In this document: piece after piece, positions 51,601-63,341 of the stretch
Numbering within the stretch: the stretch's first letter is position 1
How the letters are laid out: every line of letters starts with the position of its first letter
Source of the DNA: Pseudovirgaria hyperparasitica
Lineage: Eukaryota
Length of the DNA: 64,000 nt
Direction: 5' to 3' (one strand)
Assembly (NCBI GenBank): GCA_010093815.1
Contig: ML996567.1
Made by a program: the position numbers and the translations under genes
The notes under the pieces: model-generated
The model's database searches: none
Seen by the model: the letters and a program-made list of their open reading frames with translations, nothing else
What the model was told of the DNA's origin: nothing

Positions 51601-52194
51601 TTCTACGCCGAAGACACGCAGCAGATGTACAAAAATATCGCATTTGGAAAGGTTCGCTTCCCGCGCGACGCTCTCAGCACAGAAGGCAGGAATTTTGTCA
51701 AAGGCCTTCTCAACCGTAACCCGAGGCATCGTCTGGGAGCAACCCGCGATGCCGAAGAACTCAAGGCTCATCCATTCTTTGCAGACATTGATTGGGTAGC
51801 ACTGGCAAAGAAGAATGTTGCACCGCCATTCAAGCCAAAGTTGAAGTCTGAGGAAGACACGTCCAACTTCGATCCCGAATTCACGAATGCACTCAACGGA
51901 GGCGTTGGTTCCTTGAATGCCCGCGCTGCCGCGTTGACTTCTGGTGCTCACCCCGCCTCTACCCCGCTATCACCTACCATGCAGGCAAACTTCAAGGGAT
52001 TCACCTTTGTTGACGAAAGTGCAATGGACAGACAGTTTGGTGGCAGAGACGTGATGGACCGAATGGAAGAAGACGATGATGATGACTGGGACAAGCATTA
52101 CTCGAACCCAAAGGCTTACAACCGTATGAGCGGCATCATTTCCAACGACAATGATGACAGTTTCTTCGGCAGTGGCCGTCTCGACGACGTGTGA
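48665..52194 (+). CDS. SCH9: AGC kinase Sch9 (C2 + kinase domains); exons 48665-48732, 49468-50697, 50760-52194; start may be 47996
   Basis: PPGAATPRPD..KRLPGI; C2 domain; LIGKGTFGQV, YRDLKPEN, DFGLSK, TNTFCGTTEYLAPE; hydrophobic motif FKGFTFV. Confidence 0.93.
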
Positions 52195-53380
52195 GCCCGA
52201 ATCATTTGTACACTCTGTCCGGGCGAATGATGAGTTTTGGTGGCATTCCTTGGCGTCCAAAAGTTTGACCTCCCCTTTGGAGGCTCCCCCCTTGACACAC
52301 ATTTTCACCCAGGCAACAGCTCGCATAATCCTGACCTGGCCATTACGCAAACGCGCACTTCGAGTCAACCGGACCAAGAACTACCAATTCGTAATTACCC
52401 TCCCTCACTTCCGTTACATTCAGTCAGCAAAGTTCGGAGGATCATCAGCAGGCCACATCAGCTTCAACGATGATGCATTGGTCGACCTATCGTATCTCAT
52501 ATATATATATGAAGGAGGCAGGCAATTATTGATACCCATGCTGTTCCACACCCCTTTCTTAGTTGCTTTTTTCATCACTTGTGTTCCACATTTCTGGTTC
52601 TGCATTGCGTGGCCTGGGGCATGGTTCGTAATGCATCATTCATGATGGACGTACACATTCCGTACGAGCTGCTTTTGGGTGGAAAATCGTCTTGTTTTGA
52701 GAGATTTTCTAATGGGAGATGGTGACGTAATCGAAACTGGGTCTGGCGTTGTGTTACGTCGAGCATCTATGACGTTTGCTCGTGTGGAACTCCGTATGTT
52801 GAGGAAACAATGGTAATGCGCTATGTATATACGGTCCGAATGAGAAGCACATCAGACTGTGACATTGATTGGTCGTATGCTCGCTGTAGCGACAGCTTGA
52901 ATTAAGAAATGAGAGGCTCATGCGTCTGTCTGCATGTCTGTCGATCAATTTGATGCCCCATGTCACTGTCGATGAATCGTTGTCTTCTTACTTTCCAGCG
53001 ACCGTTGTGCATATCAACCAGACTTTGATCGGCCGAGAACTTACAAGGATTATGGGCCACCTCGGCATTCGGTAAGGACAAGCTAGTACTTTCGTACAAC
53101 TCCGCCATCAACTCCCGATTTCGTCTTCCCCCCCGCGTACATTAACTCAATTAACGTATAGCATTGCATTCCTCTGCCGGATTTCTCGGCGTAAGACAGT
53201 CCACAATAAGAAGCTTGCACTAGCCTGTCAAAACTCTTCCTTCTTGCCCTCCCCCTCCTCCAACCTCCCCCAGGTCGTACTCTAGCTTTAGCTAATTAGT
53301 ACTTCCATCGCATCCTAAATCTTATCTTATCAATCTTCCTATATTACGGCTAGCTCTGTGCAACATACATCCATCAAGTC

Positions 53381-54410
53381 ATGGCTCCGGACCCAGAGAA
53401 GAACTTTGGCGTTGGCTTCGTCCACCCGGAAGTGCCTGTCAGCTGGCTGAAGCGCGACCTGCTCCTCTTCGCCAACAGCATTGGCGCTACCGAGGACGAG
53501 CTGCACTTTCTCTATGTATGCGCTCTCACTCATGCACATCCTCCCACACAAAAGCCAATACCAGCACCAGTAACTAACCCGAACAACACAGGAACTCCAT
53601 CCTTCCTTCGCCGCCTTCCCCACCTACCCAATCATCCTCCCCTTCAAGCACACCGACACCGACGTAATCGACTTCTACGCCCGCAACTCCTCCACCCCAA
53701 TCCCCGGCGTCCCCAAATTCGACTCCAAGCGCGTCGTCGACGGCGAGCGCAAAATCATCCTCTTGCACCCGATCCCGCTCTCCTCCGCCGGCCGCACATT
53801 CGTCTCCCGCACCATCGTCCTCGGCGTCTACGACAAGGGCGCCCCCGGCAGCGTCGTCGAGACCGAGACCCAGCTCCTCGAGAAGCTCCCCGGTGGAGAC
53901 GAGAAGGTGTACAGCAAAGTGATTGGCAGCGCCTTCTTCGTCAAGCAAGGCGGCTGGGGCGGGCCCAAGGGTCCCAAGGGCGTGAATTACCCGCCGCCCG
54001 AGGGCAAGAAGGCAGACGTGAGCTTCTCACACGCCACCACGAAGACGTCGGCGCTGCTGTACCGTCTGAACGGCGACTATAACCCGCTGCATGCGAGTCC
54101 CGAGGCTGGGGCCAAGATGGGGTTTGGAGGCGCGATCATGCATGGGTTGTATAGCTGGAACACGACGTGTCATGGCATTCTGAAGGCGCTTGGTGGGAGC
54201 GACCCCGCGAATATGCGGGAGTTTGCGGCGCGGTTTGCGAGTCCCGTTTTGCCGGGCGATGTGTTGGAGACGGATGTCTGGGTTCTGGACGGGGAGGGCG
54301 AGTGGAGGGAGGTGCGGTTTGTGACGAAGGTTAAGGGTGGGAAGGTTTGTTTGAGTAACGGCCGGGCGATGGTCAGGTTGGTGGCTGGGAAGAAGGAGAG
54401 TAAGTTGTAG
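53381..54410 (+). CDS. Peroxisomal MaoC-like (R)-enoyl-CoA hydratase/dehydratase (intron 53516-53591)
   Basis: LYELHPSFAAFPTY; hydratase-2 motif YRLNGDYNPLH..IMHGL; C-terminal PTS1 SKL. Confidence 0.9.
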
Positions 54411-54850
54411 ATTTTGATGCGGATATATGTGCTTTGAGCATTACGTCCATGCAGTCAAGTGTACGTTACAAGATGTCAAACTCCGAGTATCCGCCCAGCT
54501 ACGAGAACCACGCTCAGAAGAGCTAGTTTAACATGAATTGAGAGAGCCTAGGTTCCGTCAAACGACAAATTAAAGCATCAGAAACCTATACATCCACATA
54601 CTTTCAACTAGTAACATGGCTCGACCGTCAATAGCTCCTCCGAGGCTCCGTCTGGCATCGAATCTGATATGCGTGGTGGTCCGTGCGCTTATCCGCCTGT
54701 CTGCGTATCAAGCTGCGTCAATCTTTGCTCGACACATGCTCGTGTCGCACACATCTTGCGTGCGGAGCTCTCAGCTAACTTGCAGCCCATCTGCATGCCA
54801 TTGAACCTTCGCAATCGCTCCGCAAGACTCAACCAAGCTTCACTGTCAGC

Positions 54851-55868
54851 ATGGCTTCAGCACCGCCAAAGCTCATCGGCAACCCTATGGCCACAGTCGA
54901 GCAATTAGAAACCTCAGCCTCTCAAATTGATGGCATACCAAAGGAGCTCGAAGACTCCATTCACTTTGCTGGCGCCCGTCTTACCCAATTAGCAGGCATT
55001 CTCCTGCGACTTCCTCAAGACATCATCGCCATCGCAATCGTCAACTACACAAGATTCTGGCTCGGCCCAGAAGGAGGCAGCTTGAAGAAGTACGGAGCCA
55101 AGGTCAGACAGAGCAGTCACAACAACAACCATCCCACCGCCTCCTAGCTGACCCTCACACCAGGACATCTCCATCGCATCCCTCTACGTCACCGCCAAAC
55201 TCTCCGCCTACCCCAGATCACCCCGCAGCGTCATAAACGTATACGCCTACTTTGACGCCCACGAGACCACCTTCGAGCACCACGCCCCCAACTCCCCCAA
55301 CCCCCTCGACCCACAAACCTACTTTGTCTCCGAAGGCACATACCAAGCCCGCCGCCTCGCGCTCATGCGCACCGAAGCCCTCCTCCTCCGCACCCTCGGC
55401 TTCACCACCGACACCGCCCTGCCCTACGCCCTGGCCATCACATACATGCAGACGCTCGACGCCTTCGCCGACCACGCCGCCGGCTCAGCACTGACGAAGC
55501 GCGTGCTGGCACACCTCAACAGCGCCCTCTTCAGCCCGCAAAAGCTGTACCTGACGCATCAGCCGGCGGCGCTGGCCACGGCGGCGATCTACCTGGCGGG
55601 CCATGAGCGGGAGATGAAGCTGGCTGGGGAGGACTGGTGGGAGGTGTTTGATGTGGGGAGGGAGGAGCTGGGGTTTCTCGTCTTTTCGCTGAATAGTCAG
55701 AATGGGTTTGCGGAGAGGGAGGTGGAGAGGTGGGCGGGGAGGAAGGTGCCGTTGACGGTGCTGGAGGTGGAGAGGGAGATGGGCGTGGGCGTGGGCATGG
55801 GCGTGGGCATGGGCGTGGGCATGGGCGTGGGCATGGGCGTGGGCATGGGCGTGGGCATGGAGGTATAG
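54851..55868 (+). CDS. Transcriptional cyclin (cyclin L-like); intron 55103-55163
   Basis: LTQLAGILLRLPQ, LYVTAKL, EALLLRTLGF..LPY, ALATAAIYLA, WWEVFDV. Confidence 0.8.
55779..55860 (+). repeat. Coding 12-nt minisatellite (ATGGGCGTGGGC)n
   Basis: About 6.5 units encoding (MGVG)n just before the cyclin stop codon. Confidence 0.95.
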
Positions 55869-56432
55869 ATCTGTAAAGGATCAATGGTTGTGTGTTGTTG
55901 ATGGCCTGGATTTTTGTGATACCCCTATAGAGCTTTTTATGGTTCTTTACTGCGAACCAATTGATAGAGAGCGCATTTTTACCTGCGATTGTTCTGCTTG
56001 ATGGGGCGTCTTTGTGGGTATATATATACCAGGGTAGCCTTTACCAATCTGATCTAACTTCTACTTATACTAATCTGAATATCTATCTATCGCAGCGACT
56101 CGCATGCCCTCTCCTAGGTCATCAGTTCAGTCTTACCTACACATGAAGCCTAAGGCCTCCACTAATCCCTCGACCCCCGAACTTTACCCACCAAAGTCTT
56201 GGCATACACGCAACGCACGGGGCTCCACTTACACGCACACCGTGCACACAAGCGAGACCACACACGCACTAGCTTCTTTCTCTATCTACCCGCAAAAACT
56301 ACACCTTTCTCTCACCACAACGCCCAACGCCCAACGCCAACAACGTCAACGACAAAGACAACGATCGTATTCGACCCTCAACCCTCGACCCTCGACGGAA
56401 CGAAGATCTAAAGCAAAAATTCAATCACAATC

Positions 56433-57245
56433 ATGGCCCACGATACCGTCTACTACTCGCGCCCGCGCACGTATGGAAAGGCGGCGCTTGGTTGGTATGT
56501 TGTTTGACCTTTTTTTTATCTCTCTTTGTGTTTGTTTCGATTTTGTTTTGGTTTCGATTTGCTTGAGTTGCGTTGTCTGTGTTTGGGTGGGTGTGTTTGG
56601 GTGGAAGAGGAGGAGTTGGAGGGTTATGAGGAAGAGAATAGATAGGGATGTTTGCATGGAGAAGAAGATTGGAGAGGACGAGATGAGGGAGAAGAGGAGG
56701 GATGGATGGATGGGTGGAGAATAGGACAGAGGGTGGATGAGGAGTTGAGGAAGAGAGAGGGAGAAGATGAGGCTGAGAATTATGAGGAGAGATAGGGAGA
56801 GAGAGGATGAGAGAAGATATGGGAGAGAGAAGGATACGATGGCTTCGCATTCGCTCGTCGCTGGACATGCACACACCCATCCATCCGCCCACACACAACA
56901 TTCTTGTCTCTCCTTCTCTCTCTCTCTCCCTCCCGGCATGCTCTTCTCACTACATCCTGCTCCACACTCATGCTCCATTCCCCCTTCCATCTCCCTTTTT
57001 TTTCCCTTTTCGCAAACCTCCAGCCGCGCACCCACGCTGACAACTCCCGTGCACAGTGTCGTCACCGGCGACCGGAAGAAATCGGGTATCATCCGCAAAT
57101 ACGGCCTGAACATGAGCCGACAGGCCTTCCGCGAGCACGCAAAGGAGATTGGGTTTGTCAAGGTGAGTTCTTGGATCTGTTGTCGGTGGTGCAGCGAGGG
57201 GAGAGGAGCGGTGTGCTGATCGTGTCTGGGTTGTAGTACCGTTAA
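56433..57245 (+). CDS. RPS29: 40S ribosomal protein S29/uS14, cysteine-depleted variant; exons 56433-56494, 57057-57162, 57237-57245 (58 aa)
   Basis: Spliced product [73 protein letters not shown] and GTGAGT..GCTGAT..TAG introns. Confidence 0.9.
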
Positions 57246-57655
57246 AGGATGGACGAGTGAGGGGATGAGCGGGTTGATGGATGGATGGATGGATGATATG
57301 GAGATAAGGGCATGAATGGGAAGGGGATGGAGGATGTAGGGTTATGCGTGGTGGGTGAGGTGCGCGTTCGGCACTTGTTCGTACATACGTACGTACATGC
57401 AGAATCCACGATGTAGCCATGCAATCGCCACGATGTTCCTAAATCAAAAGCTCCGACTTCATCCATAAACCCAATACCGCTCCTGATGCGCAGATTCAAA
57501 ATTTCATTTCATCTCATTTCATGTCATCAGCACTCATCCATGCATACACACATACACATCATTCATCTCGTCTCGTCCATGCATACAAACATACACTTCA
57601 TTCATCTCATCCCCACCTAACCCACCACTCCCCCAACTCCCTCAACACTCCCCAA

Positions 57656-59297
57656 TCACACCCCCTCCCCCTCCCCCTCCCCCTCCTCAACCCTCAACCC
57701 AACCCTAACCCCATCCCCACAAGCAAGCGTCAAACTCAACCCCTCAACCCACCCCCTCCCCTCCTCCCCCCTCGCCTCCACCCCACCAAACCCCTGCGCC
57801 AACCTAACAGTAACATACCCCGCCTCCGTCAACGCATACTGCTGCCCCAAACAAATCCGCGGGCCCCCATTAAACGGCAAATACTCCCACCCAGGCCTCA
57901 AGCTCGCCCAGCGCTCGGGGCGGAACTCGAGCGCGTCGGCGCCGTAGTAATCTTGTCGGCGGTGCATGGCGTACGGCGAGTAGATGACCTGTGTGCCTTT
58001 GGGGACGAAGAGAGGGGAGGTGCCGGTGGGCCCGCCGCCGAGGGGGAGGACGGTGTCTACTTTTGCGACGCGGCCGTTGTTGGGGACGACGGGGTGGAGG
58101 CGGAGGGCTGTGTTGGGTGGGTGGGTTAGTGTGGTTTTCATTGGGAAGGGGGGTGGGTAGATTGGACGTACATTCGTTCATGCAGTACTTGAGATACTTC
58201 ATATTGCGCAGCTGCTCGTACGAGGGCGGGGCGCCACCCAGCTGCGCGACTTCGGCACGGAGCTTCGCCCAGATATCCGGGCGACGGGCGAGGACGAAGA
58301 AGAGATTGCTCAGCAGCGAGGCGGTGGTGTCGCGGCCGGCAAGGAGGACGTTGAGGAGCTCGTCGCGGAGCCGGACGGGGTCGGTGGTGGATTTGGCGAG
58401 TTCGTGGAGGAAGACGTATTTGGCGTCGGATGGGGGCGCGGCTTTTTCGGGGTCGAGGTCGAGGTGCTTGCGGTAGAGCAGGGCGTCGTTGACGTATTTC
58501 TGGACGAAGGCGTGGCAGATGCGGGTGGAGGCTGTGTCTTTGGAGTCGGAGTAGAAGACGCGGAGGGCGCCGAGGCGGGAGCGGGTGGCGCAGGCGCGCT
58601 GGGCGTAGTTGAAGGCGTCGGCGAAGGAGGAGGAGGGGTCTGCGGCGCCGTGCAGGGCGGGCTGGTCGCGGCACTGGCGCTGGGAGTCGACGGATTCGCC
58701 GAAGAGGAACTCGGTTGCGGAGTCGATGGTGGTGCGGAAGAAGAGGTCTTGGAGGTCGATGGTGGTGCCGTCGCGCGGGATGCTCTTGAGCAGTTCCTGC
58801 ACGTGGCTTTCGAGCATTTGGAGGTCTGCGACCTGGTCGCGGGCGAAGTTGGGGCGGATCATGTGTCTGCTGTGCGCCCAGTGGTCGCCGTCCATGGTGA
58901 AGATGCCTTTGCCGAGGAGGGGGGCGAAGGGGAGGAGGCGTTCGCCGAGGCCGAAGTCTTTGAATCGGGTGGATAGGACGGTCTTGACGTTCTCGGGCTC
59001 GATGGTGACGATGAGGGGCTTGGTGACCATCTTTGAGGTGAAGGTGGTGCCGTATTTTTGGAAGCGGTTGTATGAGGTCTCGAGGTAGGTTCTGCTTTTG
59101 GCGGCCCGGATGTTGGTGAGGATCAGGTCGAGGCCGAAGATGGGGTCCTTGAACTGATAGCGGGAGTATGAAGGTTCGCAGCCATGCTCTTTCTTGAATG
59201 CGCGTCTGCGGAAGTAGAGGGCGACTTTTTGATAGATGTATGCTGCTGCGAGGGCAACAGCAATGATGACCAGCAGATTCTTGTGTTGGAACAACAT
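57656..59297 (-). CDS. Cytochrome P450, CYP52 clan (alkane / fatty-acid hydroxylase-like); intron 58108-58171
   Basis: N-terminal anchor; [28 protein letters not shown]; heme motif [10 protein letters not shown]. Confidence 0.92.
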
Positions 59298-60436
59298 GGC
59301 TCGAAACGTGATCCAGTAAAGTCGCTAGAGAGGGGCTGCCAGCTCTATATACCCAAACACTGAATGTGATGCTCTCCTCCGCCTCCTGCTCGTGTTGTGG
59401 TTGGGCCGGGAGTCGCGACGGTGATAATTGAAGGATTCCACAGGCGTCGTCTCACTAAGCATGCGAGCTATATAAAACCTCATCAACAATCGGGGTCGGG
59501 CAAAACACCAAAAGTCGTCAGTGAAAAAAGTGTAAGGCGACGACCGGAGACGGACAACGGACACGGCCGGACTTAGTCACAAGGACATGGGCAGGGCAGG
59601 ACGATGTTGACCGCAGGGGGAGGGGCGCGGCGATCCAACTTTTAAGCAGAACTCCAGCAAGAGAAAGTTTGAAGTCAGCCGGGCGAATGGCCCAAAAGGG
59701 AGAGTGTAGACTCGACACTTTAGAGTCGTGAGAGGATTTAGATCATGTCACATGTGCCGGCCGACTCGGTAGCTACGGGAGAAGCGGAGGCGCCGGGAGA
59801 GCACTGGTAGTGAATGGGCCAATGCTGGGGTGGATTGCATGGTTTGTGCGACGGCGGAACTGCTACAGTCTGCAACATCACCGAAACAGTAAGTGAGCAC
59901 TGATGGCGAAACTGCTGAGACAGTCGTGTTGCAGATACTTATAGGCCCTTTTATGGATACAGCCTACGTCGACGGGTTGATGGAGGTGTGTTGACTGTCG
60001 GATGAGCCATTTCGATGCGAACAGCTCCCCACCGCGCGGCTGTGTCTTGGACTTGGGAAGAGTAATGATGATGATGATGATGATGACGACGACGACGGTG
60101 ATGACAATAACGGTGACGAGTTCAGCGACAAAGAAGACAAAGACGATGGAGCGGACATCCTTTGTCCCTTCAGACTTGAACCCAATGTATGAAGTGGTGG
60201 AGCGGTTTGTTTTGGCTCTGCCGTGCGCCACCATGGGATGCCAGTCTTGGATTGCATGGCAGACATCCTTACAAAGCCAAAGTATCAGTGTCAGCTGATG
60301 TCTCGAGATTATGCAAATATGCGAAGGCGAGATTGCAAGGAAAGTAACCCTTTGTCTTCCAACGCCATGAATTGTAATCCACGATATATAAGATGGCTAC
60401 TGTATTTTCGCTGGTCAAGCACGTGCGTTAGCATAC

Positions 60437-60506
60437 ACTGACTGACTGACTGACTGACTGACTGACTGACTGACTGACTGACTGACTGACTGACTGACTG
60501 ACTGAC
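60437..60506. repeat. (ACTG)n microsatellite
   Basis: About 17 perfect units. Confidence 0.95.
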
Positions 60507-61052
60507 TCTGTCTCCTTACGTATGTTGATCCACTGCGTTGATATGTTTGCATTCCAAACACACCAAATCATGTTTCATCCATGCATCCACCATCGGCCTA
60601 GCTATCGCGCCGCATTCCGTCCTGCGTAATTTTCAGCCACCATGACACGAATCACGAGTCAAGCATCGTGGCGCATATAACAACCACAACAATCACAAGC
60701 GCTTACGCGCGATACTCATCTTTGTGGGATACAATACATTCAGAGACTAATCACTCTCGCCGTCTGATGTTCAATCTTCAAGAACGCTCTTGGATCGATT
60801 ACTAAGCCTCCGCTGAGTAATCCGGTCGCTGTATGCTTTCACTTTCACAGGTTTTTCGTCAGAAGACTACATTTCGTATTGGTTTTTTCTTTGGCGGCTA
60901 AGTCTCGCTGATCGATAACTGTCGTTCGAAGCTTCCATACACGCCAGACAGGTCGTCCCTTAATCGTACAATCATACTTCATCATCGTTGCAACGCATCC
61001 TGGTGACCCATCACATCCTAAACTCCTTGTTTCCGTGTTATTCACCCATCAC

Positions 61053-62429
61053 TTATTCAGACGGCTTGACAGGCTCAACGATCACGATATGTGCTGATCG
61101 TCGATTATCAGCCTTGTTGTCATCCTCCTCCTCGGACGATTGTTCACGCGCTCTTCGCATACTAGCGCACCCACTGCGTGGGAAGAAGTGTACTGGTCGA
61201 TCCTGGGCGATTTGTGTCATAGCCTGTGCTTCATGTTGAGGTTTCGGTCTTGAGATTCGTGCTCTCGCAACTGCAAGTGAGTCTTTGCGAGCAAATCGTT
61301 CTGGCTGGATACCGCTGGTCTTGAACAGTCGATCCCGTGCAAGCGCCACTGAATCTCGATGAAAGCCAAATTTCGGATCAGTAAGTAGCTGAGGACTGTT
61401 TGTTCCATCCGAAGAGTCCGAGCTACTCTGATCCCGTCGAGTCGGAACCAGATCGGGTACTTCGAGGTGATCACCTCCTGAAATTTGTTTGATTAGGCGT
61501 TCGTCTGCCTCGTTGAGATTGGGTGGAAGTGGGGAAGCTTGTCGAGACTGCTGAGATGAGTGCCCACTTGTTCGCTGACTTGTACGCATACTGTTTGGTG
61601 GGACAGGCAGCGAGGGTGTTGCTTCCATCGTTGTCGATTGGGGTTGCACCACCGGAAGAATTTCAAGTGAAGGCTCGGACCGGGAACGCTGGAGGGGATG
61701 TTCAAGTCCGGACCAGGCCCAGTATGACAATTTCTTGGTGACGATGTCGATACCTGCGGTAGGGCGAAGCGGTGGTTCGACCTCGTCAACCTTTGTCGGA
61801 CTAATAAGACCAGACTGCTCCCGTTCACCCAATTGTTCGTCCCAGATGACGTCGTAGCGACCTGCTGGCGAATTGACTATCTCAACGGCGGGACCAGTCT
61901 TACTAGGACTCACAGTCACATGAGTTACAGCCGGTTCTGCTAGGGCACTTTTAGGACTGGATGACGTTGACGAAGCTGATCGTAGTAAGGGTGACCTATG
62001 CGACGATGTGTTGCTAGATAGATGTCCGGTATTGATCCTTAGGATAGGCACGTCTTTCTCTCTGGTTTCGCTGAGATCTGTGGTAGAAGACGCAAATGAG
62101 CTAAAGCCTGAAGATATATCACCGTCATCTGATACGTTCGTCTGCCACTGTACTCCGCTCCGCTCCGCAGGTGCGAGAACAGGCTCCGCGGACGATCTTA
62201 TGCGCAATGACACCGATGGTTCAGCTCGATCAGGGGTCACAGCGGTCTTGACGTCTGTCATTGTGAGACTTCGCCGATCCCTTGTGATTCTCGAGCCTCG
62301 TGCTTGGGTTGTATCTGGAGCAGCGTTTGGCTCAACCGAAGATCGAGGGCTCGATGAGGCGTTTTGTGAAACCGTCCGTTGCATATTATAGAATTTGAAA
62401 GAGCGCATCAAACTGAATGTGTGATGCAC
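61053..62429 (-). CDS. Ser/Pro-rich hypothetical protein (5' exons uncertain)
   Basis: 458-codon open frame; no recognisable domain. Confidence 0.55.
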   Translation of the reverse strand: MHHTFSLMRSFKFYNMQRTVSQNASSSPRSSVEPNAAPDTTQARGSRITRDRRSLTMTDVKTAVTPDRAEPSVSLRIRSSAEPVLAPAERSGVQWQTNVSDDGDISSGFSSFASSTTDLSETREKDVPILRINTGHLSSNTSSHRSPLLRSASSTSSSPKSALAEPAVTHVTVSPSKTGPAVEIVNSPAGRYDVIWDEQLGEREQSGLISPTKVDEVEPPLRPTAGIDIVTKKLSYWAWSGLEHPLQRSRSEPSLEILPVVQPQSTTMEATPSLPVPPNSMRTSQRTSGHSSQQSRQASPLPPNLNEADERLIKQISGGDHLEVPDLVPTRRDQSSSDSSDGTNSPQLLTDPKFGFHRDSVALARDRLFKTSGIQPERFARKDSLAVARARISRPKPQHEAQAMTQIAQDRPVHFFPRSGCASMRRAREQSSEEEDDNKADNRRSAHIVIVEPVKPSE

Positions 62430-63341
62430 CTCGCCGAGTGTTGAGCAGGGTTAATACGGAAGTCTCAGAAGTTGATAGTGTAGCATGTAAAGGAAGAAAC
62501 AGAGTGAAAAGAATCCTTGTAGTAGTAGGGATTATTCGTGGAGGAGATGGATAGGAATAGCGAATGTGTCTGGATATAAGAGGCTGCAGGGACAAGAAGG
62601 TCGATACCTCGACGGTACCGAATGCGGAAGTCCCCATACGTGCAACGTCTAGTAGGTGCAGGATGACCCATTAGTTAGGACATAGAGGATGCTGAGCCCT
62701 GATCCAAAGATAGTCTGTCTTAGTATCCGCTCACCGAAATAGTCCAGAAGGCTCCAGGGTCCAATGAGGCTGTCTTGTCGTCATCTCTGTTGAGCAAGAC
62801 GATGGAAGATCACTCATTGACGGGACTGATAGACTTCCGTCAACATACGGAACCATGGCACGGAGAGTTTTTCCTCACAACGTGCAATGGCATACAGACC
62901 ACTTCTTTGGTATACATTTAGCACATCAAACAAAGCCATGCCCTTGGCGATTCCTTCTGCGTATTGTGCTTCTCGTCCTGATCAATCGGTGGTGGAAGAC
63001 AGTTTTTGGAGTTTTCTGGGCATGGCCTGGAGGTGTCGAAACACGAAGGAACAAAACATTCGAACATTGTGGGGTTGTATGACGCACTCTCACCATCTAG
63101 ATTGCAGTAATATAACATTTACGACCAGGCCCGGAGTTTGTGCTCGTCAAACATTCGATGGTAGACGTATTTACTCGGGGCTTTGAATTGTGGTCTGTTG
63201 AGTGCCAAGTCCTAGTGCCGCGTGATTGGTTGGACTGAGTGTCGGCACTAGCGCCACTATATCGGTTTGTAGTAACAAGCCAGCTGTCTTGAAATTGAGC
63301 TATAGAACACAATACGGGCAATAGATGCACATAGACCAACA

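Noticed and set aside
53381..59297. CYP52 + peroxisomal hydratase as an omega/beta-oxidation cluster
   Set aside because: Separated by unrelated cyclin and RPS29 genes; no other pathway genes present
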